Shown here in pieces: positions 48,601 to 57,540 of a DNA stretch of 64,000 nt. The stretch lies in the sequence record OM319461.1, one strand, 5' to 3'. Each line of letters begins with the position of its first letter. Position 1 is the first letter of the stretch. The notes beneath the pieces are model-generated. The model was not told the origin of the DNA. It did no database searches and saw only the letters and a program-made list of their open reading frames with translations. Both the position numbers and the translations under genes were made by a program.

Positions 48601-51600
48601 TAGATGCACTAACTGACATTGCTCAGGTTGCTGCGACAACGTACAACAACGAAACGTACATGATCTGTCATGACCGAACTAACAACCGCATTCGTGTGGG
48701 GCAGTACGGTATGTCAAATCGCGATCAAAAGAACGTGCCGTTTTATTACTCGGAGTCCCATGTGGCAAACCAGAAGGCGACGGGTACTGGCGAAGTAGAC
48801 ATTCCGACTCTGGCAATGTTTAACGAAGATCTGAATGGTTATCCGGTTGCATTCATGTCCAACTACAGTGGACGTAACGGTACCTGTGCCGTAGCAAAGA
48901 TTGATCCTAGTACCGTGTCACCACAGAACTGGGTGGAATTAAACACTGCAACACAAGGTAAAGTAATCAAGGCAATCCCATGTCGCATCCGTGCAGTAGA
49001 TGATGATACGAACCTATTGGCTGTTGCTTTTGACCGTACAACCGATCGCTGGAATGCACAAGTTCGTTTTGTACTGGCTTCTGGTAATGTTCGTACTTGG
49101 GGTTATGGTGGTTTAGAAAACAAACGCAGTTCGAAGATTCGTGACTTTGATATCTGTCAGACACACCATAGTAGTCGTGACACTATTGCGGCAATCGTAA
49201 CAGAAGATGGCTATCTACAGCTGTACTCTGAGATCGATATGGGTGCTGTTTCTGCACAGCCAAAAGTTACCGCGTTGCCTTCGGGTAGTGCAGTTGGTTT
49301 TGGTAACCTAACGAAGTTTGTTTCGTGTCGTTGCTTCAGTGACGGTAAGAACTCTTATGTTTTTGCTTTTGCTGCTCCGAGTAGCTTCATGGACTCAAAG
49401 CGTGGGTACTGTATTGTTTATCGTTGGAATGACACAACTCGTACTTTCAACACGTCAAACCAGAATCCATACTTCCACTGTGTTCAATTGGCAGACAAGC
49501 CGTTCCAAATGAATGGTGAATGGTACTGGCATGCAATGGGTACATCGTCACCAGATGCCGATGAGCTTTCATACATGAACACCAATGCCATCGAACAGCC
49601 TGTTATGATCATGAAGTGGTATCCGGAACTAGAGGCATTTTCTTCTACTCACATGTTCCCTGATACACAGCCATTTAAAATAGGCTGGCCACGCTTCCCA
49701 TCGAGAACAAGTCAGTTCAATGCTCACCCTGTAGTACAGGCTTACAGCAATGATGGTGGTCGTTTGCAAGTAACAGCAACACCAATCAACTGGAATAGTA
49801 ATATATTCCAAGGTGGTACAGAACGTCGCTGGTTACACAACCCATACGAGGGTACGCGCATTGATACCTTTATGGGTAAGCGCTACCACTTTGACTGGGT
49901 GCCAGAGAACGGCCGTACGTTTGGTAACAGTGCTTTCGGTCGCGGTGGTGAAGATTTCGTGTTATTGGTCGGTGAGGGTGAATCGTTTGTTAACCCAATG
50001 AAAGGATTTACAGTTGATCCACGTTGGAAGCAAAACGAATATCCATTCAACTATAATGATAACCGACATTTTTATCCTAAGGCTCAGTTGTCTGTTGGAT
50101 TCGTCTATCAGCCAAATGATCTTGAAGCAGTACAGCAAAACCTACTACTTCAAAACGGCGGTACGAAGTTCAAGTTAGGTACACTGCTATCTTGGCAAAA
50201 CCAAGCTACGTTTGTTACGCCATCGGTAATCCCTGGTCTAGCCAGAAAGACAAAGGGTAAGCTTTATGTTGAATGTGAAACCCACAACTCAATGCATTTC
50301 TCTATACCGACGTATTGTGCTTTCTATGTAGAAGGGCCTAATTCCGGTCAAAAGATCGGGGTGGTTAGAAACAGTGATCGCTATTGGCCAACAGCAGGAT
50401 ACCGCGTAGCAGATGGCGGGGTGGCAACTACCACACCGAGAGACATTGTTGTCGGTTTGTTGTTTGACTATGATAACCGCGTTATCGACGTCTACTTCAA
50501 TGGCGGTAAAGCAAACTACATGTCAATGCCACGGCATGATATGCGCATTCGTGGTATGATGCGACGTGAGAATTCAAGTGCTCAAGGTGAATTGGTAATT
50601 AACTTCGGTCAAGTACCATTTAAACATCAGCCTTCTGGTTCTCAGGCAGTTTGTGGCCCAACGTTGGCTGGTACTTATCCGTACAACAACCTAAGTGAAC
50701 GGTTTACATCGACACGTACAATCAACAACATTGCGACATCAACGAACATCACGATGACACATATTGGTAGTCCAACAGTGGCATTCATTATCTCGTCTAA
50801 CGGTTCTTATGTTTTAACAGAAGATACTGGATGGGATACGACACTTTGTCTTGATCGTCCTGGTGGTGCCATTAAACGCTCTGGTGATGTTGTAGAAGAT
50901 CTTGGTACAACGGTTCGCTTTAATACGAATCGCTGGGCTACGACTACTACAGACGCATCTGTGGTTGCCATTAGTGGTGAAGCATGTCGAGGTGTTCATG
51001 TAGAAACAATCGTTGGTTCAGGTGTACCTGGTAAACGTGAGTTCAACATGACGCTAGGTAAGCGAGCAAGTGCCTGTCTGGTTCTACCACATACAAGTGG
51101 CAAGCATCCATATTGGTGTTTCTACTCGGAAGGAGAAGATCGCCATTTCTTTATTCGTGCCGACAAGAATACCGGCTATGTTCCACAGGGATGGGAAATC
51201 CAAATACCTATGGAAATGAAAGCAAGTAAAGATGGACGCTGGACTCTTAATGATGTAGGACAAACAACTGCACCTAACTGGAATATAGCAGGAGAGAAAA
51301 CAACATTTATCTTCTTTGCCGAAATTCCTGGCTTGTTGAATGTTCGTGTCAAAGACTTGACTCACAACAATCACAACGAGATGTTGAGTCTGGATACAAG
51401 TCCACGCATGACATTCTTGGCGACAACCGGACCTGACGATGCCAACTCTGGTAAGTGGTTAGCTATTGCGCAAAACCCACTAAGTCACAACACCATCAAT
51501 GCTTCGTCGTCACAGGCTTGGTCTGTAGGTCACACGATTGCCGGTGGTACTGGCTATGTGGATGTGGCACACAAATCACTTGCGCGTTACTCCGGTGGTG

Positions 51601-51734
51601 TAATCACAACTGCGGGTGCTAACGAAACTTCGTTTTATCCTGGCGATGACAATATGGGCTCACCTGCTCTTTACTACTTTGCAGTGGTATTGGGCGATGG
51701 TCCATATATCTACGCACCAACTCCACGTAACTAA
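45660..51734 (+). CDS. Giant multidomain tail/receptor-binding protein (2024 aa)
   Basis: LamG-like N-terminus, propeller-like repeats and a SPRY-like segment (GKLYVE..VGLLFDYDN..INFGQVPF). Confidence 0.65.
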   Translation: MSYPFVNFAIGKALNKEWEDCGYSSKPSYIAAYGNVGSGISLSSDDISDRSTEHVYEFAYSGNLTTWALKVRFAIDGAQDGTITFIRMHREDYPNSAFTVRVEAGLLIVTHFTASNNQKHIHYHNLNDSASGRILTLHVSSTESSGTFYTTVDGREPDSITTGAYGTANQFVGVAPGKLKIGNLDGKFPNDRGNVTIFDFQFIPEYTGSFAGNYDVDTGIYTSPDLLSTGHQSEVIFDGTLVEAEPSAETHNILDSSAYTFTIAGTDGVVMTVPTASTGLTQMGKYTYYMDGRKYDWQFDRTRTNVVNVNYTVSGGKWKITAAQKAHVAVHLPNSPQGGIEVMDFTVPASTGSNPTITHNLGTRVTAGIFIDSSGMKHYFSQKTDDLRPISEKYYGGNFAKKEYNPFMLKGEYNTPSSLTFVNSNHLKDITPYLNISSMPNVDEIIPFSNSSGQKFVLIKPRLDVWDESALNDKGRINIYEITSTGMRWTGPNTALDEDFTETRTSISIVNDGTSNVAMVIYAKQKGWHSGAIGQTKIGIFNLGTGNAVRRATRTLDYDDWLNIPGAGVRQVLAARAIPVGNTYYSVVLHSSNPPGGTSNTGTSPDPTQPDQPEPNKNRPVDLKISVFRDMSYSGILMTNTSRIVTIDLNDGAKATLGESSLTELDVVQLVGSSYHYVNLYIPVEGNNDICERFLFTNIGQLEEHGSGGGVSVPDIQSRAGSVAGLRTTGGVNYLVESNLSDTNRSNAQGALRVYRVRFTGKNLNGATRVSRELVASIDTGGQQAHCDIFEFDGKIWLASTPHSVGADQSLEIFTFDPAKEIIEPVQTMSTYAFWQGHTVNGIWGFKRPKFISHNGRLYLGLCQASVNQTDGDKELGSVLMAYSPKLGIFCHNGLFTQMKHGIATGKGKLILFGEGGNLERVPDIPFRSSRQRYFGEVDELRMIPLGWREMPLVSTIATMLNNSGGMIMDAAVANKEFVVVDALTDIAQVAATTYNNETYMICHDRTNNRIRVGQYGMSNRDQKNVPFYYSESHVANQKATGTGEVDIPTLAMFNEDLNGYPVAFMSNYSGRNGTCAVAKIDPSTVSPQNWVELNTATQGKVIKAIPCRIRAVDDDTNLLAVAFDRTTDRWNAQVRFVLASGNVRTWGYGGLENKRSSKIRDFDICQTHHSSRDTIAAIVTEDGYLQLYSEIDMGAVSAQPKVTALPSGSAVGFGNLTKFVSCRCFSDGKNSYVFAFAAPSSFMDSKRGYCIVYRWNDTTRTFNTSNQNPYFHCVQLADKPFQMNGEWYWHAMGTSSPDADELSYMNTNAIEQPVMIMKWYPELEAFSSTHMFPDTQPFKIGWPRFPSRTSQFNAHPVVQAYSNDGGRLQVTATPINWNSNIFQGGTERRWLHNPYEGTRIDTFMGKRYHFDWVPENGRTFGNSAFGRGGEDFVLLVGEGESFVNPMKGFTVDPRWKQNEYPFNYNDNRHFYPKAQLSVGFVYQPNDLEAVQQNLLLQNGGTKFKLGTLLSWQNQATFVTPSVIPGLARKTKGKLYVECETHNSMHFSIPTYCAFYVEGPNSGQKIGVVRNSDRYWPTAGYRVADGGVATTTPRDIVVGLLFDYDNRVIDVYFNGGKANYMSMPRHDMRIRGMMRRENSSAQGELVINFGQVPFKHQPSGSQAVCGPTLAGTYPYNNLSERFTSTRTINNIATSTNITMTHIGSPTVAFIISSNGSYVLTEDTGWDTTLCLDRPGGAIKRSGDVVEDLGTTVRFNTNRWATTTTDASVVAISGEACRGVHVETIVGSGVPGKREFNMTLGKRASACLVLPHTSGKHPYWCFYSEGEDRHFFIRADKNTGYVPQGWEIQIPMEMKASKDGRWTLNDVGQTTAPNWNIAGEKTTFIFFAEIPGLLNVRVKDLTHNNHNEMLSLDTSPRMTFLATTGPDDANSGKWLAIAQNPLSHNTINASSSQAWSVGHTIAGGTGYVDVAHKSLARYSGGVITTAGANETSFYPGDDNMGSPALYYFAVVLGDGPYIYAPTPRN

Positions 51735-51739
51735 GACTT

Positions 51740-51760
51740 GGGGCTTCGGCCCCTTTCTTA
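51740..51760 (+). terminator. Intrinsic terminator
   Basis: GGGGC-ttcg-GCCCC followed by TTTCTT. Confidence 0.6.
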
Positions 51761-51773
51761 TAAGGATCTATAA

Positions 51774-52421
51774 ATGCAATTAGTAAGACTTTGCATGGCT
51801 GGTGAAGGAATTCAATTCATCAACCCAAAAGAAGTAAATATTCCAAACACAGCTAACTTTGTCGAGTTGTCTGATGAACCCTCAAAAGAGGAATTGGAAG
51901 AACACCAACTTTATGAACTCGTAGATGATCTTCCTGAGCTGGGTCCACTACAGCGTATGCAGGTGGTGTCTATTACGCCGGATGAAGAGACTCGTACGGT
52001 GACGCGTTGCTACGAGGTAGTTGACTACACTGCACACGAGGCCGAGACTCACCTACGTGAACGCATCAAGCAATTCCATGCACTGGAAGCCGAAGGCGTA
52101 CGCTATGACGGTGTCTTTGTTGATGCTCTAGGCGAGAAACTAGAAGCAGCAAAAGTCCCTGTTTATTACGATGTGTTCAGTCTGACTCAAATGGTAGAAT
52201 CCGGACAGATCGCAATCCATGTTTATGGCAATGCCTTCATAATGGCTGGTGACAAAGAAGCAGCGGCTCTATACGAAGAACAGCGTGTAAAATATATTCG
52301 CAGTAAGTCGATCGTACTGGCAGGTGCAATGCAGGCACTGGGTCTACAAAACGCTAATGCCATGCGTATCGCTTACGGTGAGTTAGAGAAACTCATTGCC
52401 ACTTGGTTAGGAGAAAAATAA
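51774..52421 (+). CDS. Putative tail fibre assembly/chaperone protein
   Basis: 215-aa acidic ORF directly after the giant fibre gene; function inferred from position. Confidence 0.4.
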   Translation: MQLVRLCMAGEGIQFINPKEVNIPNTANFVELSDEPSKEELEEHQLYELVDDLPELGPLQRMQVVSITPDEETRTVTRCYEVVDYTAHEAETHLRERIKQFHALEAEGVRYDGVFVDALGEKLEAAKVPVYYDVFSLTQMVESGQIAIHVYGNAFIMAGDKEAAALYEEQRVKYIRSKSIVLAGAMQALGLQNANAMRIAYGELEKLIATWLGEK

Positions 52422-53419
52422 TGTCAGTTACTACTCCGTATCGTGCAGCCTATGACCCGAGTGGTTTATTGCTGTCAAACTTCCAGCGCTTTGAAGTTTC
52501 ACTAAAGGGAATCAATCACCTGCCTCAAGTTTGTCCTTATGGTTTGTTCTATGGTCACTCTGTCGAGGTACGTCGTACTTCTGACAATGAGCTAATGACC
52601 CTGGACAAAGACTACAAGTTCGTAGGCTGGGAGAAATGGGTATCAGAAGAAACAGGTCTTGATCCATATGCAGCGATCGACTTTCTTGACAAGAACTCTG
52701 CTGAAAAGTATGAAGTTACATGTCAGTTAGTAGGTGGTCCTGAAGGTTCTCCGATTTCCTTCATCAGTGAAATCAAAAATGCGATTGAAAAGGCAGCCCT
52801 GCATCCAGAGTTTGACTTTAACTTACACGTTAAGAACAAACCACATTTCTATAACACAGGTCCTCACAAACATGTTCTACAAGACATGGAAGATCTGTAC
52901 AAGCTATCCCAAAAGTTCGACGATGTTTTTAATGCCTTGGTTACGCGTCAACCGATGCATCAGTCAGGCATGCATTATCAACAACAGATCGATCGTCTAT
53001 TGGGTCTAGTAGGTCGACTTTACAATCGACTAAATATTGTGTCAGCAGAAACAGGCACGGACAACCGAGATCGCGTTGACCAACTTACTGATCTTCTGGC
53101 CAATTATGTAAGAACAGAAGACGACGTGGTTACTGTAGAAGCTAACGCAACTGTTACGCTGTCAACTCATAACGTTACCGAGGTAAGTACCTTGCGTGGC
53201 ATTGTGAGTTTGAATACTGGTACACACATCGAATCAGTTGACTTTATTGTCTCTTCGGCTCCCGGTATTGTTCCACAGCTAAGAGAGATGGGTTACTGTA
53301 ATACCGAAGGCAAGCGCTATCTTGAACTAGATGTGGTTTCTTCGGGTTCGTCTCTGGCTCTTATTTCTAAGTCATCGAAAGGTGGCGATATTAAAGTTAA
53401 GTACTACGCAGTACTTTAA
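52421..53419 (+). CDS. Tail/baseplate paralogue (YDPSG N-terminal family)
   Basis: AYDPSGLLLSNF, PYGLFY and CQLVGG motifs shared with 40672/41673. ATG overlaps the upstream TAA. Confidence 0.6.
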   Translation: MSVTTPYRAAYDPSGLLLSNFQRFEVSLKGINHLPQVCPYGLFYGHSVEVRRTSDNELMTLDKDYKFVGWEKWVSEETGLDPYAAIDFLDKNSAEKYEVTCQLVGGPEGSPISFISEIKNAIEKAALHPEFDFNLHVKNKPHFYNTGPHKHVLQDMEDLYKLSQKFDDVFNALVTRQPMHQSGMHYQQQIDRLLGLVGRLYNRLNIVSAETGTDNRDRVDQLTDLLANYVRTEDDVVTVEANATVTLSTHNVTEVSTLRGIVSLNTGTHIESVDFIVSSAPGIVPQLREMGYCNTEGKRYLELDVVSSGSSLALISKSSKGGDIKVKYYAVL

Positions 53420-53428
53420 GGAGACCAA

Positions 53429-53860
53429 ATGAAAAAGATCACCTTCCATTACTTCGCAACTAGCAAACTGATTTCTATGCGCTTTGGTACGCCAGTGGCA
53501 CACGTCGGTGTTGAGTTCGAAGATGGAACGTACTATGAGTCGGACATGCTTAAGGGCAATATCCGTATTCATAATGTTCGATTAGGTCACAAGCCAAAGT
53601 ACTCAGTGACAATTGAAGTACCAGAAGACAAATACATCCTGGCACGAGCAGAAGCAGAACGCATTCACGGTTCGCATTATGACTACCTGGCTATTGTTGG
53701 TTTCTTCTTCGGCTTTAAACTTCAAGACGACAAAGGTTACTTCTGTAGCGAACTAGGTCGAGCTGTATTTGAAGCAGCGACAGGCGTAGTTGTACCACAG
53801 GCACGTTTGTGTACCCCGTATGATCTTTATCTCATGACTGCTACTTACGTACGCACTTAA
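53429..53860 (+). CDS. Permuted papain-like amidase (YiiX/YebB, NlpC/P60 superfamily)
   Basis: His first (AHVGV), then YDY, YFCSEL (catalytic Cys) and TPYDL. Confidence 0.8.
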   Translation: MKKITFHYFATSKLISMRFGTPVAHVGVEFEDGTYYESDMLKGNIRIHNVRLGHKPKYSVTIEVPEDKYILARAEAERIHGSHYDYLAIVGFFFGFKLQDDKGYFCSELGRAVFEAATGVVVPQARLCTPYDLYLMTATYVRT

Positions 53861-53873
53861 TGTACCCAAGAGA

Positions 53874-53910
53874 GCTCCTGGCGAAAGCCAGGGGCAATCT
53901 TTTTCTTTTA
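53874..53910 (+). terminator. Intrinsic terminator
   Basis: GCTCCTGGC-gaaa-GCCAGGGGC followed by TCTTTTTCTTTT. Confidence 0.8.
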
Positions 53911-54015
53911 TTTGATAGATGGCTTGGATTAATAGAGAAATACTTGTCAGAGGGTTTATGACGAATATTTTGGAGTACACTGCTCCTAATTCACATATGG
54001 TATAGAGGACACACT

Positions 54016-54429
54016 ATGCTAACAACGATCATATATACTAACATTTTTCAAGATACCGACCGAGGCTTAGAAGTGGCAGCTTTCTACGCTCAGGAAGGCA
54101 ATCAAGAAATTGGATTAGAATGGCTGGGGAATATTAACTATACTTTGGGTTGTGTTATGGCACAATTGCGTGTCCGTAGCAATCCTTCAAAGGCAGTTAC
54201 AGTTCTTATCGATTTAATACAACAATACATAGATAGTGACTTTAACTTTGCGGATGTAGACATGTCCTTTGTCGGACAAGACTATATGTCAATCGAAGTA
54301 ATTCACGCGCTTCAAGCTGTACTAGAGTTGGACCCGTATGCAGAAGACTGGTTTTACCAACATCTTTTTGATGCAGCCGCTGAAAGCGACGAAGGCGAAG
54401 ATATTGAATATCTTAAGCCGCTTGTATGA
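54016..54429 (+). CDS. Acidic hypothetical protein
   Basis: 137-aa ORF with GAGGA SD. Confidence 0.6.
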   Translation: MLTTIIYTNIFQDTDRGLEVAAFYAQEGNQEIGLEWLGNINYTLGCVMAQLRVRSNPSKAVTVLIDLIQQYIDSDFNFADVDMSFVGQDYMSIEVIHALQAVLELDPYAEDWFYQHLFDAAAESDEGEDIEYLKPLV

Positions 54430-54431
54430 AG

Positions 54432-54485
54432 AAAAAAAAAATAAATGCTAATCCTCCTACCCCGAAGGGTAGGAGGTTAGTATTA
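54432..54485. terminator. Bidirectional terminator
   Basis: A-run and stem CCTCCTACC / GGTAGGAGG with CGAA-containing loop, between convergent genes. Confidence 0.85.
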
Positions 54486-55301
54486 TGCTTCTGGTAGGAA
54501 ACGTTTCATAGCCCAGTAGCCTTCTGCATCAAAGATGATACGACCAGCAATGCTAATGTCACGGATACGTCCAGGTACATCAGGGAAGTAACGAGTCATA
54601 ACTTCAGTTACATCTGCTTGAGTATCTTGGCCGCGTTCTACTTTAAGTTCTTTTAGGATTTCTTTTACGTTACCATGTTCGTCGTAAGTGAACGTTGTTT
54701 CATGGTAATCTGTTTCAGACTTGATGATAAGACCGTCTTTGTTGTAAGTGTAAGACTCGATTACATTGTTATCAGAATCAATGCGACGAGCAGGACGACC
54801 ATCATCACCGATAACGTAAGTCTCAGTAGAAAGACCTTGTTGAACTAGATACGGTTCAAACTCTTCGCCGTCTTCTGCTTCGCGACGTTCCACCTTAACA
54901 GAACCCATTGTTTCTTTTACTACCACGCCAGCATCGTTGAATTCAACTTCTGTCTGAATCATTGTGTTGCCGTGAGTATCAGAAATAGTAGTTTTGTAAA
55001 GCGCACCAGCCGGAGTAAAGTAATCGTTGCGAACAACACCAGTCATTTCGGTTTTTGTTACAATGCCGTTAGCGTCATCAGATACTACTTCTAAACGAAG
55101 GTTGCCGTAGTACCATGCTTTAATGCTGTCGTCTTCGTTGTACTCGAAAGTATGCAGGTTACGCATGTTCTCGTCTTCGATAGAAACACCCATGAAGTCT
55201 TCTTTAGGACATGGAATGATTCCCTGTGTTACAAGCAGGCGAACGTTTTCAGAATCAAGACCAGCAAGGTTAAGTGTTTTTTCTGTAATGATAATAGACA
55301 T
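54483..55301 (-). CDS. YD/RHS-repeat-like protein
   Basis: ETYVIGDDGRP, ESYTYNKDGLI, TFTYDEHGNV and FNDAGVV repeats. Confidence 0.6.
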   Translation of the reverse strand: MSIIITEKTLNLAGLDSENVRLLVTQGIIPCPKEDFMGVSIEDENMRNLHTFEYNEDDSIKAWYYGNLRLEVVSDDANGIVTKTEMTGVVRNDYFTPAGALYKTTISDTHGNTMIQTEVEFNDAGVVVKETMGSVKVERREAEDGEEFEPYLVQQGLSTETYVIGDDGRPARRIDSDNNVIESYTYNKDGLIIKSETDYHETTFTYDEHGNVKEILKELKVERGQDTQADVTEVMTRYFPDVPGRIRDISIAGRIIFDAEGYWAMKRFLPEA

Positions 55302-55317
55302 GATATTTTCCTATCTT

Positions 55318-55836
55318 TTAAACTGCGTGAATTACAAGTCCACTGTTGTGGATAATTTGGAATAAGCTAGCCATCTTTTGATAACCAGATTGAGCTTTGA
55401 ATTGGCCGAGTGTTTGAATTGTTTCGTCTTCATCAAAGTAAGCATCAGCCAATGTATTTGAAAGTGTTTCTGTTGACTCGCCGACATAACATACGAAGGC
55501 CTTGTCTTTTTCAAAGACCACGGCACCCTTGAAGTCTAACCACTCTCTGTCTACAGGGAAGTTAGGATTCCACTCGGATGCCGCCATGCCAACCATAGGA
55601 GCATTGTACAAGTCTAATTCGCTATCAACTGGATAGACTCGAATCTCCTGTGATTCGTTAACAAGGGCCTTGGCAATGATACCCCTGCGCATAATCGGTG
55701 CACCGGTGCGTTTGTCAGCATCGGGGAACGGCCAGTCAAAAACTTTAACGCATTCCAGATAAACATTGTTAGCGCCTTCAATAATCCAAGCGTTCGGTAA
55801 ATTTGCTAGATCGCCAGCACGTTTAGAAAGCAACAT
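55318..55836 (-). CDS. Hypothetical protein
   Basis: 172-aa ORF with TAAGGA SD. Confidence 0.65.
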   Translation of the reverse strand: MLLSKRAGDLANLPNAWIIEGANNVYLECVKVFDWPFPDADKRTGAPIMRRGIIAKALVNESQEIRVYPVDSELDLYNAPMVGMAASEWNPNFPVDREWLDFKGAVVFEKDKAFVCYVGESTETLSNTLADAYFDEDETIQTLGQFKAQSGYQKMASLFQIIHNSGLVIHAV

Positions 55837-55845
55837 AGTTGATCC

Positions 55846-56436
55846 TTATTTTACTACTTCGCCATCTTGAGGGATGGCATTGATTTTCATATCGATGGCC
55901 TTGATTGCATCGAGTAGTTCTTTCGCACCAGCAGGTGCTTCGTCCCATGGAACAGGAGAGATGTTTGTCGCATCAAGTTCGATCGTATGGACTCCGGTCT
56001 TTCCAACCATGTTTGGTCCAATCTGTCCGAGTCGAATAATGCGATAAAACCACGTCCCCCTAGGACTGAAGAATTTGCCAATGACTGCACCATATGGTCT
56101 CGATTGGTTTGTACCGTTTTCAATGCGTACGAGAAAAGGTAGCTTTGCGGTAGCCAGCGGAGCAGCACGACGATATTGTTCCAAGGCATTTTCCAAACCC
56201 TGTAGAATAGTATCATTCGGCATCTTCTCTAGACCCAACATGCCAAACAGAGCACCAGGGGGAGGAGTAGGAATCTCCGGTAGCTTTTCTTTGGGTGGCT
56301 CAGCCTTTATGTCTGGGACAATATACTTGCGCTCAGTATGAATAACTTTCTTGTCACCACCCCGAATAGTAAGCCCAGAATTATTTTTGGTCGGCCTACT
56401 TCGCATACTGCGAATCTTTGGTTTTCTTTGGTCCAT
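55846..56436 (-). CDS. Hypothetical protein
   Basis: 196-aa ORF with GGAGG SD and a basic N-terminus. Confidence 0.65.
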   Translation of the reverse strand: MDQRKPKIRSMRSRPTKNNSGLTIRGGDKKVIHTERKYIVPDIKAEPPKEKLPEIPTPPPGALFGMLGLEKMPNDTILQGLENALEQYRRAAPLATAKLPFLVRIENGTNQSRPYGAVIGKFFSPRGTWFYRIIRLGQIGPNMVGKTGVHTIELDATNISPVPWDEAPAGAKELLDAIKAIDMKINAIPQDGEVVK

Positions 56437-56472
56437 TGGTATAACCTCCTAAAATATTTCTGGGACCTGTCG

Positions 56473-57201
56473 CTAATAACCGAATACTGGTTCGCGCCAT
56501 AGATGTGACTTGATGATCTTTTCATCTGGCCACTCTTTGCCATCTAGCTTCTGTGTTCCGTCGACACGTGTAACCCACGCACCATCAACACAAGCTTGTT
56601 TTACTTTGATGCCTTGGGTTTGATATTTCTGCACGGTTAGCTCAGCATCTTTTTCATTGTCATCGAACTTGGACGCATTAGACTCTATAACGACGTCAAA
56701 CGCATCAGGAACGTCGATGTCGAATATTTTACCCAGTAGGGTAGCTGCTGCAATAATGCGCTGTGTAGCGCCATCTATGGATCTTTTGTTGATTCTGCGT
56801 TTAAAGTTCTTCTGAGCAGCTTTTATGCTAAGTATTTCGTTCTTCATGATAAACGTTAGTTCATCGGCTTCACGCTGCTGGGTGTTGAGCAAGCAAGCAT
56901 ATTCATTGAGATACTCGTAAAAGTCAGCATCGACGACATCGCCGTAAAGCATGTATACCAATCCCATACCAGAGAACAATACGTCACCTAGGTCATCTGC
57001 TAATTGTTCGCGATCTAGTTTTTCTTTATTGCAATAAAACTTATCCATTGTGTCCAGAGTCTCTTTTATTTCTTCAAAGAAACAAGAGATCTGCGTTGGG
57101 ATATAATCGGTGCGTTCTTTTTCTGTGCGCAGTCCGGCACGATGAAAGAAGAGAGAGATTGCTGAATGGTCGTCGTATGTGTATGGAAGAATTTCACACA
57201 T
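56473..57201 (-). CDS. MazG-like / PRA-PH-like all-alpha NTP pyrophosphohydrolase
   Basis: FFEEIKE...EQLADDLGDVLF and VIESNASKF motifs. Confidence 0.75.
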   Translation of the reverse strand: MCEILPYTYDDHSAISLFFHRAGLRTEKERTDYIPTQISCFFEEIKETLDTMDKFYCNKEKLDREQLADDLGDVLFSGMGLVYMLYGDVVDADFYEYLNEYACLLNTQQREADELTFIMKNEILSIKAAQKNFKRRINKRSIDGATQRIIAAATLLGKIFDIDVPDAFDVVIESNASKFDDNEKDAELTVQKYQTQGIKVKQACVDGAWVTRVDGTQKLDGKEWPDEKIIKSHLWREPVFGY

Positions 57202-57288
57202 GATGGATTACTCCGGTTGGTTGATGCATTAAAGAGATAACGCGGGAAAAGAATATAATGTACTAACTTATTAAAGAGGAATGTAAAA

Positions 57289-57486
57289 ATGCCAGCTTCC
57301 ACTGACCTTGATTTAGATGCTTCAAAAACAATGCTAGATAAACTAAAAGAAGAATATCTGAATCTATTGTTGACGGATGATGACGAAGCCATCCAGCGCA
57401 AGCGCCTAGCAATTGATAGTGTAATAGAACACATCGAGCATCTAGAGCGAGAAGATGTACTAGGTGATTTAGATCTAGACTTTTAA
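57289..57486 (+). CDS. Small acidic hypothetical protein
   Basis: 65-aa ORF with GAGGA SD, followed by a terminator. Confidence 0.55.
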   Translation: MPASTDLDLDASKTMLDKLKEEYLNLLLTDDDEAIQRKRLAIDSVIEHIEHLEREDVLGDLDLDF

Positions 57487-57501
57487 AAGAATAACGATAT
57501 A

Positions 57502-57540
57502 CCTGTCTCCCAAGTGGGAGACAGGGTATTATTATTTTTA
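57502..57540. terminator. Bidirectional terminator
   Basis: CCTGTCTCCC-aagt-GGGAGACAGG followed by TATTATTATTTTT. Confidence 0.85.
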
